Shown here piece after piece: positions 9,428 through 18,108 of a stretch of 64,000 bases of DNA. The notes below the pieces were generated by a model that was not told where the DNA came from, did no database searches, and saw only the letters and a list, made by a program, of their open reading frames with translations. Each line of letters starts with the position of its first letter. The first letter of the stretch is position 1. Source of the DNA: Haliangiales bacterium (GTDB lineage: Bacteria > Myxococcota_A > Polyangia > Haliangiales > Haliangiaceae); NCBI GenBank assembly GCA_041916575.1, contig JAYRZI010000002.1, positions 21,117-85,116 on the forward strand, read 5' to 3'. The position numbers and the translations under genes are program-made.

Positions 9428-10900
9428 TCAGTTCTCGATCAACGTGACGTCGTAGGACCAGGTGCCGCCGAGGGCCCTGTATAGCTGCGCCCGGTGGCCC
9501 AGCAGTAGCCGCTGCGCCCGAAGGCCGTTGCGCTCCAGCGAGGCGAGGCTGGAGAGCGCGGTCAGCACCGGCAGGTAATCCGTGCGGCCCTGCTCGAACT
9601 GGTGGCGCGCCTCCTCGAGCAGGCGTCGGCCGAGCTCGACCTGGCCGCGCAGGCTCTTGAGGCTCTCGGCCTGGGCCCGCTCTTGAAGTAGCGCGTCTTG
9701 TACGCGGCCGATCGCGGTCTTGAGCGCGAGCTCGTATTGCCACTTGCGGCGCTTGAGGGTGAGGTCTAGCACCTTGGCCTCCGAGAGGCGGCGGCCGCCG
9801 TCGAACAGCGGCCAGGTCAGCCGGATGCCCAAGAAGGACTCGCGCAGCGGCTCGCCGAACCCAAAGGAGATGAGGCCGGCGCTGCCGACCAGATCGATGG
9901 TGGGCAGCCAGCTCGAGAGGTTCTGGTTCACCCGGTGCTCGATCTCGGTCACGCGCAGGCGTGCGAACCGCATCTCCGGGGTGGTCTCGGTGAGCTCGTG
10001 CGGCGTGCCCAGGCTCGGCTCCGGCGGCAGATCGGGCAGGCGATGGCCGGCTGGCACCAGCACATCATCGGGGCTCGGCACCCGGCCCAGGAGCGCGGTG
10101 AGCTGCGAGTTGAGCAGCGAGAGCTGCGCCGTGATGAGCGGTACCTGAGCGCGCAGGCTCAGGAGTTGCTGCTCTTGCTGGAGCACCGCGAGGCGCGGCA
10201 CCAGATGCTGCTCGAAGCGAGCCTGCACCAGCTCGAACAACTTCTGGTTGTACTCGACCTCGCCTTCGGCGAGCTCCTTGAGCGAGCGGGTGACCAGGAT
10301 ATCGAACCAGAGCTCGGCGACCTGCTCGGCGAGGTTTTGGGCCGCGATCTCGGAGGATTGTCGTTGTTGCTCGGCGAAGTCGTGGCCGACCCGCTTGCGC
10401 GCATCGAGGTTGCCCCACACGTCGAGCTGGTAGGTGGCGACCAGGCCGAGGTTGGCCGAGGTGTACTTGAGCTGCGAGGGGTCGCCGCCGGCCGCCGGCG
10501 CGGCGCCGAGGGCGACGTTCTGGATGCCGGCGGGCGCGACGGCCGGGATGCCGACCTGCAGCGGCCACCACCAGCCTTGGGGCACCGTGGGATCGAGGTG
10601 ATTCTCACGGACCAGCGTGCGCACGTCGCGCAAGAAGTAGTTGTTGCGCAGCGCCTCTTGGATGGCGCCATCGAGCGCCGGATCGGCGAAGGCGCTCCAC
10701 CACACCGTGCCGTTGGTGGCGCGCTGGCTAGGCGCGGACGCCGTGGAGGAGGCGGAGGAGGAGGCCTGCTCCGTGCCGGGCTCGGCGGCGACGCGCGGAG
10801 TAGCGAAGGCCGCGGGCGCCGGCGGCGGCGCCACCTTGACCGGGCGCACGAGCGAGCAGGCGGCCAGCGGGGCCAGGAGGAAGAGGGATCGAATCATAGT
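9428..10900 (-). CDS. Outer membrane efflux protein (TolC/NodT-family outer-membrane factor) lipoprotein. Start trimmed to MIRSLFLLAPLAACS.
   Basis: Signal peptide plus lipobox (LAAC), then two-repeat OEP architecture with coiled-coil segments. The ORF N-terminal extension is discarded because it overlaps the upstream ABC gene in another frame. Confidence 0.75.
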   Translation of the reverse strand, partial: TMIRSLFLLAPLAACSLVRPVKVAPPPAPAAFATPRVAAEPGTEQASSSASSTASAPSQRATNGTVWWSAFADPALDGAIQEALRNNYFLRDVRTLVRENHLDPTVPQGWWWPLQVGIPAVAPAGIQNVALGAAPAAGGDPSQLKYTSANLGLVATYQLDVWGNLDARKRVGHDFAEQQRQSSEIAAQNLAEQVAELWFDILVTRSLKELAEGEVEYNQKLFELVQARFEQHLVPRLAVLQQEQQLLSLRAQVPLITAQLSLLNSQLTALLGRVPSPDDVLVPAGHRLPDLPPEPSLGTPHELTETTPEMRFARLRVTEIEHRVNQNLSSWLPTIDLVGSAGLISFGFGEPLRESFLGIRLTWPLFDGGRRLSEAKVLDLTLKRRKWQYELALKTAIGRVQDALLQERAQAESLKSLRGQVELGRRLLEEARHQFEQGRTDYLPVLTALSSLASLERNGLRAQRLLLGHRAQLYRALGGTWSYDVTLIEN

Positions 10901-10916
10901 CGGCTCACGAGTCGGC

Positions 10917-13049
10917 TCACGGGTGGCTGACGACCACGATGGAGGGCGCGTGCTCGAGCACGCAGCGCACGGCCACGCGCATGGTCTCGGGGTCGAGCGA
11001 GGCAAAGCTCTCATCGAGGATGACCAGCTCCACGCCCTGCAGCAGCGTGCGCGCGATGTAGAGCCGGCTCTTCTCGCCATGCGAGAGCTGCCAGCCGCTC
11101 TCGCCGACCAGCTCGTCGAGTCCAGCCGGCATCTTCTTGACCAGCTCGCCGAGGCCTAGCTCGTTGCACAAGACGCGCGCCTTCTCGCGCTGGGCCAGCG
11201 AGGTTGGCCACTCGCGCCCGAGCAGCAGGTTGTAGGCAAAGCTGCCGGCCAAGACGTGGTTCTCGTGGAACTGCGGCGCGGCGGTGACTCGCCGCCGCCA
11301 GCCCGACGAGCCAAAGGTGGCCCTATCGAGCCCGCGCAAGAGCAGCACGCCGGCCTCCGGGGTGCGCAGCCCGGTCAGCAGCGAGACCAAGGTAGACTTG
11401 CCGCCGCCCGAGGGGCCCTCGAGCAGGATGCGATCACCGGCGCCGATCTGGAACGTGCAGTTCTCGAGCACCGGCCGGGTCCGCGCCTGGTGCCGGAAGG
11501 TCAGGCCGCGCGCTTCGATCAACGTGCCCGCGGTGGTGGCGCCATCGCTCGCGGGCTGCGCCGGCAGGCCGGCCTCCATCTCGAGCGGCACCTTGGATTC
11601 GAGCTCGGGCCGCACCACCGCCCGCAAGAGGTCGCGGATCTGCTCGAACGAGGTGGCGGCCAGCGAGATCTGCTGGAAGAAGACCGAGATCTCGTCGAAG
11701 GCGCGCAGCGCCAGCAGGATGCCACCGACGGAGACCGCCAGCGCACTGGCCGGCGCCGCGCCGCTGGCGAAGGCCGGCAGCAGGGTCAAGAGCGCGAGCA
11801 CCAGCCAGCCGCCAGGCAGCACCGAGGCCAAGTACATGGTGCGCAGGTCCATGGCGCGCGAGGTCTCGCTGTAGGAGGCCAGGCGGCGATCTTCGCCATC
11901 GTGCCAGCGCTCGAGCGGGAGCTGCGCCAGCCGGGTGCGATGGCCGAGCATGCGCTCGAGCAGGTCGTGGGTGATGTCGATGCGGGCGCCCGACCAGCGC
12001 CGCTGCATCGAGTAATGGCGCCGGGTGAGCACCACGGCAACGACCATCCACATGGCGAGCGCGCCGACGTGCAGCCAGCCACCAGCGCCCAGCGACAGGA
12101 TGACGGCGGCCAGCCCGAGATCGACGACGGAGAGCACCGCCAAGAGCGCGCCGCCGAGGGCGAGCTGCTCGACCACCTCCGACTCGGCGACTCGGCCGAA
12201 GTGGCGGCCGATGCCGTCGAGGCGGATCTCGTCGGGGGTGAGCTTGAGGATGCCGGCGAGGAGCTGCTGCTTGAGCAGGGTGCCGATGCGGATGGCGAAC
12301 ACCCCCTGCCACCACACCTCGAGCAGCCGCAGCGGGATGGCGCAGGCGATCACCGCGAGCCAGCCCATGAACCAGCCGCTGTCCAGGTGCGCCTCGAGCG
12401 CGGCCCGGCCCAAGAGCCAGAACGAGGCCGCGAGCACCAGGGAGAGCAAGAGGTGGTTGACCAGGATGCCGCCGACGAGCGCGGGCATGCCGCCGAGCAA
12501 GGTGGTGGCGCGCGCGGTGCGCTGCGGCCGCAGGATCCAGCAGGTGCGAAGCTCGTCTTGGCCCAGCCGCTGCAGCAGGAGCTTGCCGCGCGCCTTGGCG
12601 CGGGCGCGCTCGGACATGGCCACGCTCGACAGGAGCTGATCCAGCTCGGCGGCGACGCCGGCCTGGCGCTCCTGGCGCACCAGCGCGAGCACGCGCGCCT
12701 CTTGCATCCACACGGTCTTGGAGTCGCGCGTCAGCAGGCGGACCTTGCCACCGCGAGCGCCGAGCAGCACCAGGTAGTACGGCCGGCCGTTGTGGCGGAG
12801 CTGGAGCAGCGCCGGCGCCGAGCGCGCGACGAAGTCGGGCAGCTCGCGATACAGCGGCGTCACCGGCTCGAGCTCCACGCCGAGCCGGCCGGCGAGCGCG
12901 AACATCCACACCCGGCTGGGCTCGATCTCCGGATCGTGGCTGCCGAGCTCATCGGGATGGGCGCCGTAGCCGGCGCGCTGAGCGAGCTGCTCGAGCGCAT
13001 CCGCCAGGCGATCGACCGGCCACAGCAAGGGCGCGAAGTCGTGGGTCAT
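10917..13049 (-). CDS. ABC transporter (TMD plus ATPase) with an N-terminal C39-like domain lacking the catalytic Cys. This is the peptidase-dead partner of NHLM-type bacteriocin exporters.
   Basis: Walker A LLEGPSGGGKST, ABC signature LSHGEKSRL, Walker B LVILDESFASLD. The N-terminal ~150 aa are C39-like but have no Cys-containing motif. Start trimmed to MTHDF, which makes an ATGA overlap with the upstream gene stop. Confidence 0.75.
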   Translation of the reverse strand: MTHDFAPLLWPVDRLADALEQLAQRAGYGAHPDELGSHDPEIEPSRVWMFALAGRLGVELEPVTPLYRELPDFVARSAPALLQLRHNGRPYYLVLLGARGGKVRLLTRDSKTVWMQEARVLALVRQERQAGVAAELDQLLSSVAMSERARAKARGKLLLQRLGQDELRTCWILRPQRTARATTLLGGMPALVGGILVNHLLLSLVLAASFWLLGRAALEAHLDSGWFMGWLAVIACAIPLRLLEVWWQGVFAIRIGTLLKQQLLAGILKLTPDEIRLDGIGRHFGRVAESEVVEQLALGGALLAVLSVVDLGLAAVILSLGAGGWLHVGALAMWMVVAVVLTRRHYSMQRRWSGARIDITHDLLERMLGHRTRLAQLPLERWHDGEDRRLASYSETSRAMDLRTMYLASVLPGGWLVLALLTLLPAFASGAAPASALAVSVGGILLALRAFDEISVFFQQISLAATSFEQIRDLLRAVVRPELESKVPLEMEAGLPAQPASDGATTAGTLIEARGLTFRHQARTRPVLENCTFQIGAGDRILLEGPSGGGKSTLVSLLTGLRTPEAGVLLLRGLDRATFGSSGWRRRVTAAPQFHENHVLAGSFAYNLLLGREWPTSLAQREKARVLCNELGLGELVKKMPAGLDELVGESGWQLSHGEKSRLYIARTLLQGVELVILDESFASLDPETMRVAVRCVLEHAPSIVVVSHP

Positions 13050-15772
13050 GGCCGCACCTTCTCCTCGAGGTGCCCGTTGGCCAGCCACCAATGCCGCCAC
13101 TTGCCGCTGCTCCACAGCAGGCGGTGGTTGTCCTCATCGGCGCGCAGCAGCTCGGCGTAGCGCGACTTGTCGTTGGCCAAGAGCTCCTTGGGCGGGCCGT
13201 TCTCCACGATCCGCCCACCCTCGATCACCAGCACCCGGTCGAACTCCTTGGTGTGCGAGACATCGTGGGTCACGCACAAGAGCGTGATGTCTGCCCACAG
13301 GCGCCGCGACTCGGCCAAGAGGCGGGCGCGCCGCTCGCGATCGAGCCCGCGAAACGGCTCGTCGAGCAGCGCCAGGCGCACGCGCGAGCGCAGCATGGCG
13401 CGCGCCAGGCGCACGCGCTGGCCCTGGCCGCCGGAGACCAGTCCGCCGCCTTCGCCGAGCGGGGTCTGCAAGCCGGCGGGCAGCGCCTCGAGGATATCGA
13501 GCATCTCGGCGCCCTTGAGCGTGGCATCGAGCGCCCAGCCGCCGCTGGCGTCGTTGCCGTAGCGCAGGTTGTCGAGCAGGCTCTGGTTCCAGATGCTCAC
13601 CTCTGGATCCACCCACGCGGTGGTGCGGCGCAGGCGCTCGATGGCCGGCTGATCCAGCAGCTCCCCATCGACGCGGATCTCGCCGCGCGCCGGGCGCAGC
13701 CAGCCCAGCAGCAGCCCGACCAGCGTGGACTTGCCGGCGCCAGAGACCCCGACGATGGCCACATGCTCGCCGGCGGCGAGGTTGAGCGAGACCTTGTCGA
13801 GGATGGTGTGGCCGCCGCCCTTGACGCGCACGCGCTCCATCGAGATCGCGACGCCGGCCGTGGCCACAGCCGGCCCTGGCGCGGGCTTGCTCGGCTCGTC
13901 GGGGGGCTCGGCGGCAGGGCTGGACTTGAGCGCCAGCGCTTGCGCCAACTTGGGCGCTGGCTCGATCTCTCCGACGATATCGAGCAGGCGGCGCACCCGG
14001 TTCATCGCGCTGGGGAAGGTGCGGGTCAAGACCAGGAGGCGCTGGCCCAGGATGGGGAAGCGCAGCGCCCAGAACACCACCAGCAAGATCAGCGAGGCGC
14101 GCTCGCTCGACTGGAGGTACGAGTACACGAGGTACATGACCAGGCCGTAGCTCACGGTCATGAGCACGCCTTCGAAGCCGATGGTGAGCCGCTGTAGCCA
14201 CAGCCGGGCCTTGGTCCACTCGACGAGCAGCGCCTCCTGGCCGCGGCGCAGCGAGCGCTCGGCGCCGTGGATGCGGATCGGCGTGAGCCCCAAGAGCGCG
14301 CTCAAGATGAACGCGGACAGCGCGCCGCCGTGGGTCTGCACGCGCATGTCGGGCTCGAAGAACAGGCCCTGCGCGAACAGCGGCAAGAGCAGGGTGGCGG
14401 CGGTGAGCGCCAGCACGATGCCCCAGGCCGAGGGCGCGGCCCACAAGAGCGCGGCGGCGGTGGAGAGCACCTCCAGCGACAGCGTGATGCCCTGCGCCAC
14501 CAGGATGGGCAGCGTGCGCATGGCCTGGATGTTGTGGCAGCGCGAGGCCATGTCGGAGGCCAGGCGGCTCTGGAAGTAGCGGTCTTCCGTCTTGGGGAGC
14601 TTCTCGAAATAGGCTTTCCGGAGGCGCACCTCCAGGCGACGACCGATACCGAGCAGGCCCAAGGAGATCGGGATCTGGATGAGCAACAAGGTCAACGCCA
14701 GGCCGGCCAGGACCAGCATGCCGACGCCGCGTTGCTCGACCGTGCCCAGATCGCGGCCGAGATCGAGCACGGCGCGCAGCATCAGCGCCTGCAAGAGCCG
14801 CCCGAAGGTGGTGAGCACGAGCCCGGCCACGATCAAGAGCGGCAACATGCGGGGATCCTCGGCGAGCAGGCGCAAGAGGGTGCGCGCCGTGCTGGGCTGC
14901 GCTGCCACCAGCGCTTGCGCCAGATCGGTGGCCATCGGCGGCGGCGCAGCCTCCCCGGCGGGCGCCTTCTTCCAGTCGCGGAACCGCAGCAGCACCGCGC
15001 CGGTGAGCAGCAGCTCGCCTTCTTCGTCGGGGTTGGGGCGCACCGACCAGTAGGAGGCCGGGATCGGCACGGTCCCGGCGCGATCCTTCTCCACCATCGA
15101 CTGCGCCAGCTCGACCGCTGCGCGGCCGCGGCCGATCGCGCCCGCGCGCACCATCGCCTCCACTGCGCGCGTCGCTGCGTCGAGCGCGGCGATCGATCGA
15201 TAGCTTGGATCTTCGAGAGCACCCGCCACCAGCGCGGCGGCGTCACCAGCGCCGAGGTTGGCGAGGCGCTTCTGGAACGCCCGCACGGCTTCGTCGGAGC
15301 CCGCCCATTCTCGCCAGGCGTCGGCCGGCGCCGAGGTGGTGTGCTGGTAGAACGTGCTCATCACCGTGTCGATGCGGGTCCAGTGCCGGCCGGCGGCCGG
15401 ATCCATGACCTGCACGAACGGGCCCAGTCGCCGCCACAGCACCACGAAGTGCGGTCGTCCACCGGCGGTCAACGTGACGATGATGGCCGGCAGCGCGTGC
15501 GCCTCGGAGAGGAACACGTGGTCCATCGGCAGCATGACCTGCTCGGCATCGAGCCCGAGCTGGTTGGCCACTTCCTCGAGCGTGACGATCGAGGTGCCGT
15601 CGACATCGGTCTGGCAGGCCTCGCGCAGCACGCGGTAGTTGAGCTCGAGGCCCATGCCCGCGAACACGCTCTTGATCGCGGCCGGGCCGCAATCGGTGGC
15701 CGAGATCTGGATCACCTCGGGGATGATCGTGCGGCGGGTGTGCCGGGCAGGCCGGGAGGCAGAGTCGCTCAT
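13046..15772 (-). CDS. Peptidase-containing ABC transporter (PCAT) with an N-terminal C39 double-glycine peptidase domain, a long linker, a 6-TM domain and an ABC ATPase
   Basis: C39 catalytic Cys motif VIQISATDCGPAAIKSVFAGMG and His motif RPHFVVLW. ABC motifs GVSGAGKSTL, LSGGQGQRVRLARA and LALLDEPFRGLD. Start trimmed to MSDSASRP; the ORF upstream extension overlaps hlyD. Confidence 0.85.
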   Translation of the reverse strand: MSDSASRPARHTRRTIIPEVIQISATDCGPAAIKSVFAGMGLELNYRVLREACQTDVDGTSIVTLEEVANQLGLDAEQVMLPMDHVFLSEAHALPAIIVTLTAGGRPHFVVLWRRLGPFVQVMDPAAGRHWTRIDTVMSTFYQHTTSAPADAWREWAGSDEAVRAFQKRLANLGAGDAAALVAGALEDPSYRSIAALDAATRAVEAMVRAGAIGRGRAAVELAQSMVEKDRAGTVPIPASYWSVRPNPDEEGELLLTGAVLLRFRDWKKAPAGEAAPPPMATDLAQALVAAQPSTARTLLRLLAEDPRMLPLLIVAGLVLTTFGRLLQALMLRAVLDLGRDLGTVEQRGVGMLVLAGLALTLLLIQIPISLGLLGIGRRLEVRLRKAYFEKLPKTEDRYFQSRLASDMASRCHNIQAMRTLPILVAQGITLSLEVLSTAAALLWAAPSAWGIVLALTAATLLLPLFAQGLFFEPDMRVQTHGGALSAFILSALLGLTPIRIHGAERSLRRGQEALLVEWTKARLWLQRLTIGFEGVLMTVSYGLVMYLVYSYLQSSERASLILLVVFWALRFPILGQRLLVLTRTFPSAMNRVRRLLDIVGEIEPAPKLAQALALKSSPAAEPPDEPSKPAPGPAVATAGVAISMERVRVKGGGHTILDKVSLNLAAGEHVAIVGVSGAGKSTLVGLLLGWLRPARGEIRVDGELLDQPAIERLRRTTAWVDPEVSIWNQSLLDNLRYGNDASGGWALDATLKGAEMLDILEALPAGLQTPLGEGGGLVSGGQGQRVRLARAMLRSRVRLALLDEPFRGLDRERRARLLAESRRLWADITLLCVTHDVSHTKEFDRVLVIEGGRIVENGPPKELLANDKSRYAELLRADEDNHRLLWSSGKWRHWWLANGHLEEKVRP

Positions 15773-15780
15773 GGCACGGC

Positions 15781-17004
15781 TCAGCGGGCTTCGGCCTGGG
15801 GCTGGAACACGCGCTGCCCCGGTGGTGGCTCGGTGGACTCGTCCCATTCGCCGATCGCGCGCATCAACAGCGCGACAGGCGACGCGCGCGCCACCTCCAC
15901 CTCCACGGTGGCGGTGAGCCCATGCCGGAGCTGAATTCGCGGATCGGAGGGAGGCAATAGCTCCAGCTCGACTCGCACGGTACCGGGAATGGCCTCTGGG
16001 GTTGCGGTGATGCCTGGCTCGGTGCCGACGCGGGTCACGGTGGCTGGTACCGTGCCGTAGAGGGTCCAGGGGTAGCCATCGAGCTTGAGCTGCGCGGGCT
16101 GGCCAGGCTGGATGAGGCCCACCATCTCCTTGGGGAAACGAGCGCGCACGCGAACCTTGGCATCCGCCGCCAGGATGGTGCCCAGCCGCTGGCCCTCGGC
16201 GATGAAGGCGCCCGCGCCAAGCTCGGCGACGTCGACGAGCCGACCGGAGGCTGGTGCGCGATAGTGCTTGCGCTCGATGGCGTACTCGAGCCGCTCGATC
16301 GCCACCCGCAGCTCGCGCGCCTGGCCTTCGATCCGGAGCTCCTCACGCTTGAGCGCCAGGAGCTGTGCGCCCAGCGCCTGCCGCCGAACGGCTTGCTCGC
16401 GCTGGAGCCGCACCGTGGCCAAGCTCTGTGCTCGGCTCGCGGAATCCAGGGTGTCGGCTTCAGTGAGCCGCTCGAGCTTCTCCAGCTCGGAGATCGAGCC
16501 GGTTGGGCTCTTCTGCGCCAGCTCGGCACGCTCCTTGGCGAGCCGCTGGCGAGGAGCCAGCTCTTCCTGCCGCTCGACGGACTCGCGCAGCGCGATCGCG
16601 TCCGCCTGGCTGCTGGCTGCCAGCTCTGCCTTCTTGTTGGCGATCTGATCCATCACCACCGTTAGCTCTTGCTCGAGCCCGGCGAGCGTGGCGTTGCTCT
16701 GCTCGAGCTCGAGTCGCTCACTCTTCGTGTCGAACTCGATGAGGAGATCACCCTTCTTTACGTCCTCATCGAGCTTGAGCATGGAGCGCACCACGCGGCC
16801 CGCTCCTGGCGGCTCCAGCCGATGGATGGCGTTATGCGGCTCGATGCGGCCTTGTGAGCTAACCTTCATCACCGGGACTTGTGCGCCGAAGGCCCATACG
16901 GTGAGCCCGCCCAGCGCCAGGACGACGAGCGCCACCAGCAGGACCTGGGTTCGTGACTCGTATCCGTTCAAGGACCGAAGCGTTCGCTCGAATGGATATG
17001 CCAT
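15781..17004 (-). CDS. HlyD-family secretion (membrane fusion) protein
   Basis: 407 aa. N-terminal TM helix, long coiled coil, and beta/lipoyl-like C-terminal part. Architecture of type-I-secretion membrane-fusion proteins. First gene of the operon. Confidence 0.85.
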   Translation of the reverse strand: MAYPFERTLRSLNGYESRTQVLLVALVVLALGGLTVWAFGAQVPVMKVSSQGRIEPHNAIHRLEPPGAGRVVRSMLKLDEDVKKGDLLIEFDTKSERLELEQSNATLAGLEQELTVVMDQIANKKAELAASSQADAIALRESVERQEELAPRQRLAKERAELAQKSPTGSISELEKLERLTEADTLDSASRAQSLATVRLQREQAVRRQALGAQLLALKREELRIEGQARELRVAIERLEYAIERKHYRAPASGRLVDVAELGAGAFIAEGQRLGTILAADAKVRVRARFPKEMVGLIQPGQPAQLKLDGYPWTLYGTVPATVTRVGTEPGITATPEAIPGTVRVELELLPPSDPRIQLRHGLTATVEVEVARASPVALLMRAIGEWDESTEPPPGQRVFQPQAEAR

Positions 17005-17026
17005 TGGTACACGAATAATAGACGGC

Positions 17027-17044
17027 GGGAGGGCAAGCCCTCCC
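17027..17044 (-). other. Perfect hairpin GGGAGGGC-AA-GCCCTCCC located 22 bp upstream of the hlyD start codon. A second similar hairpin GGGGAGGGTCAGGCCCTCCC lies at 17428-17447.
   Basis: Inverted repeat seen directly in the sequence. Confidence 0.4.
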
Positions 17045-17052
17045 GTCAGCGT

Positions 17053-17101
17053 CCGAGAAAATGGTGTGGCTAGAGCCGAATCTTGCGAGCCGGCTCTAGC
17101 C
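17053..17101 (-). terminator. Rho-independent-terminator-like element after micro-ORF 1. An 11-bp perfect stem GGCTAGAGCCG/CGGCTCTAGCC with a 12-nt loop, followed on the transcribed (minus) strand by ACACCAUUUUCUCGG.
   Basis: Inverted repeat and downstream U-rich tract read from the sequence. Its orientation is correct only for a minus-strand transcript. Confidence 0.5.
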
Positions 17102-17112
17102 AGGTCGCTGAG

Positions 17113-17160
17113 TTAGCGAGCCTTCGCAGCGCCAGCGCGAACGTGCACTTTGATCTTCAT
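17113..17160 (-). CDS. Micro-ORF 1, 15 aa: MKIKVHVRAGAAKAR. Candidate leader or precursor peptide.
   Basis: ATG preceded by a textbook Shine-Dalgarno, AAGGGAGGTGAGTAG-ATG, with a TAA stop. Followed immediately by the terminator hairpin. The whole module is duplicated about 400 bp upstream. Confidence 0.4.
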   Translation of the reverse strand: MKIKVHVRAGAAKAR

Positions 17161-17456
17161 CTACTCACCTCCCTTCGTTCGCAATCCTAGGCAGAGACAA
17201 TGTGCGTAGTAAACAGAAATGTGTCTCATGTCAGGATGCCAGTAGAGAATCACAGGCGTTAGAGAAGTGTGTTGGAACACAAAACTCGTCGCAGGCAGAT
17301 GCTTCGCATCTTCGTCGATGGTTCACGACGAGGGGAAGCTCGAGGAGCACTGAGGCCGGAGTAAACGGTTGCTCAGGCAGTGTCTATCCCTCAAGCCAGC
17401 ACTCATGGGTGCATGAGAGAGTGGACGGGGGAGGGTCAGGCCCTCCCAACATTCGT

Positions 17457-17505
17457 CCGAGAAAATGGTGTGGCTAGAGCTGAACCTTGCGATTCAGCTC
17501 TAGCC
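17457..17505 (-). terminator. Second copy of the terminator-like hairpin (GGCTAGAGCTGAA...TTCAGCTCTAGCC plus U-tract) after micro-ORF 2
   Basis: Same architecture as 17053..17101, with compensatory base changes in the stem (GCCG/CGGC becomes GCTGAA/TTCAGC). The changes keep pairing, which argues for selection on structure. Confidence 0.5.
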
Positions 17506-17516
17506 AGGTCGCTAAA

Positions 17517-17561
17517 TTAGCGAGCCTTCGCGCCAGCGCGAACGTGCACTTTGATCTTCAT
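17517..17561 (-). CDS. Micro-ORF 2, 14 aa: MKIKVHVRAGAKAR
   Basis: Same SD context GAAAGGAGGTGAGTAG-ATG. Differs from copy 1 by one codon (loss of one Ala). Confidence 0.4.
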   Translation of the reverse strand: MKIKVHVRAGAKAR

Positions 17562-18108
17562 CTACTCACCTCCTTTCACCTTCACTCTAATCGGAGACGA
17601 TGTGAGTAGTAAATAGAAAATGTGTCTCATGAGATGGCAATAGTTCTCGGTGTCGCATGCGTTAGAGAGGTGTGATGGAATACAGAACTCGCATCAGGGG
17701 GAAGCTTCGCTTCTTCGTCGGTGTTTCTCGACGAGAGCAGCCACACCAGCGGGGAATTGCGGTGCGATGCATGCCGTTCGAGTCATTGGTCATAAGTGCA
17801 CGAGATCGTGTGATTGACTCGTAATCCGGAGTCGAGGGGGGATCTCCTTCTGTGCATTTTTTTGGCAGGGCGAGTTCGCCTCCACGTTGCTCACGAGCAG
17901 CTCCAAGTCGATGGAAGCCAGGCGTGCGTGATGCGTTCGGTGCCATCGAGGCCACGTCCGTCTCGCCGGGGCAGGGGCGTGCAGGGCGGAAAGCTCGAGG
18001 CCGCCGGTTGACCCTGCGCTTTGGTCCTGCGTACGTTCGGCGCGCGCCGCTTGCAGTGGCGACGGTCTGAGCCCGCGTTCGTTGCGGGGAAGTGGAGGAA
18101 TCGAAGTC

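Noticed and set aside
17202-17477. 91-aa plus-strand ORF inside the low-GC micro-ORF repeat region
   Set aside because: No RBS. It spans the duplicated regulatory modules on the wrong strand for the terminators, and its composition does not look protein-like.
17113-17561. Micro-ORF peptides as canonical double-glycine (C39) substrates
   Set aside because: At 14-15 aa they are shorter than any leader plus core. Cleavage after the only GA pair would leave a 4-residue product. Kept as a finding (candidate leader or attenuator, or a new small-peptide class) but not annotated as a bacteriocin precursor.
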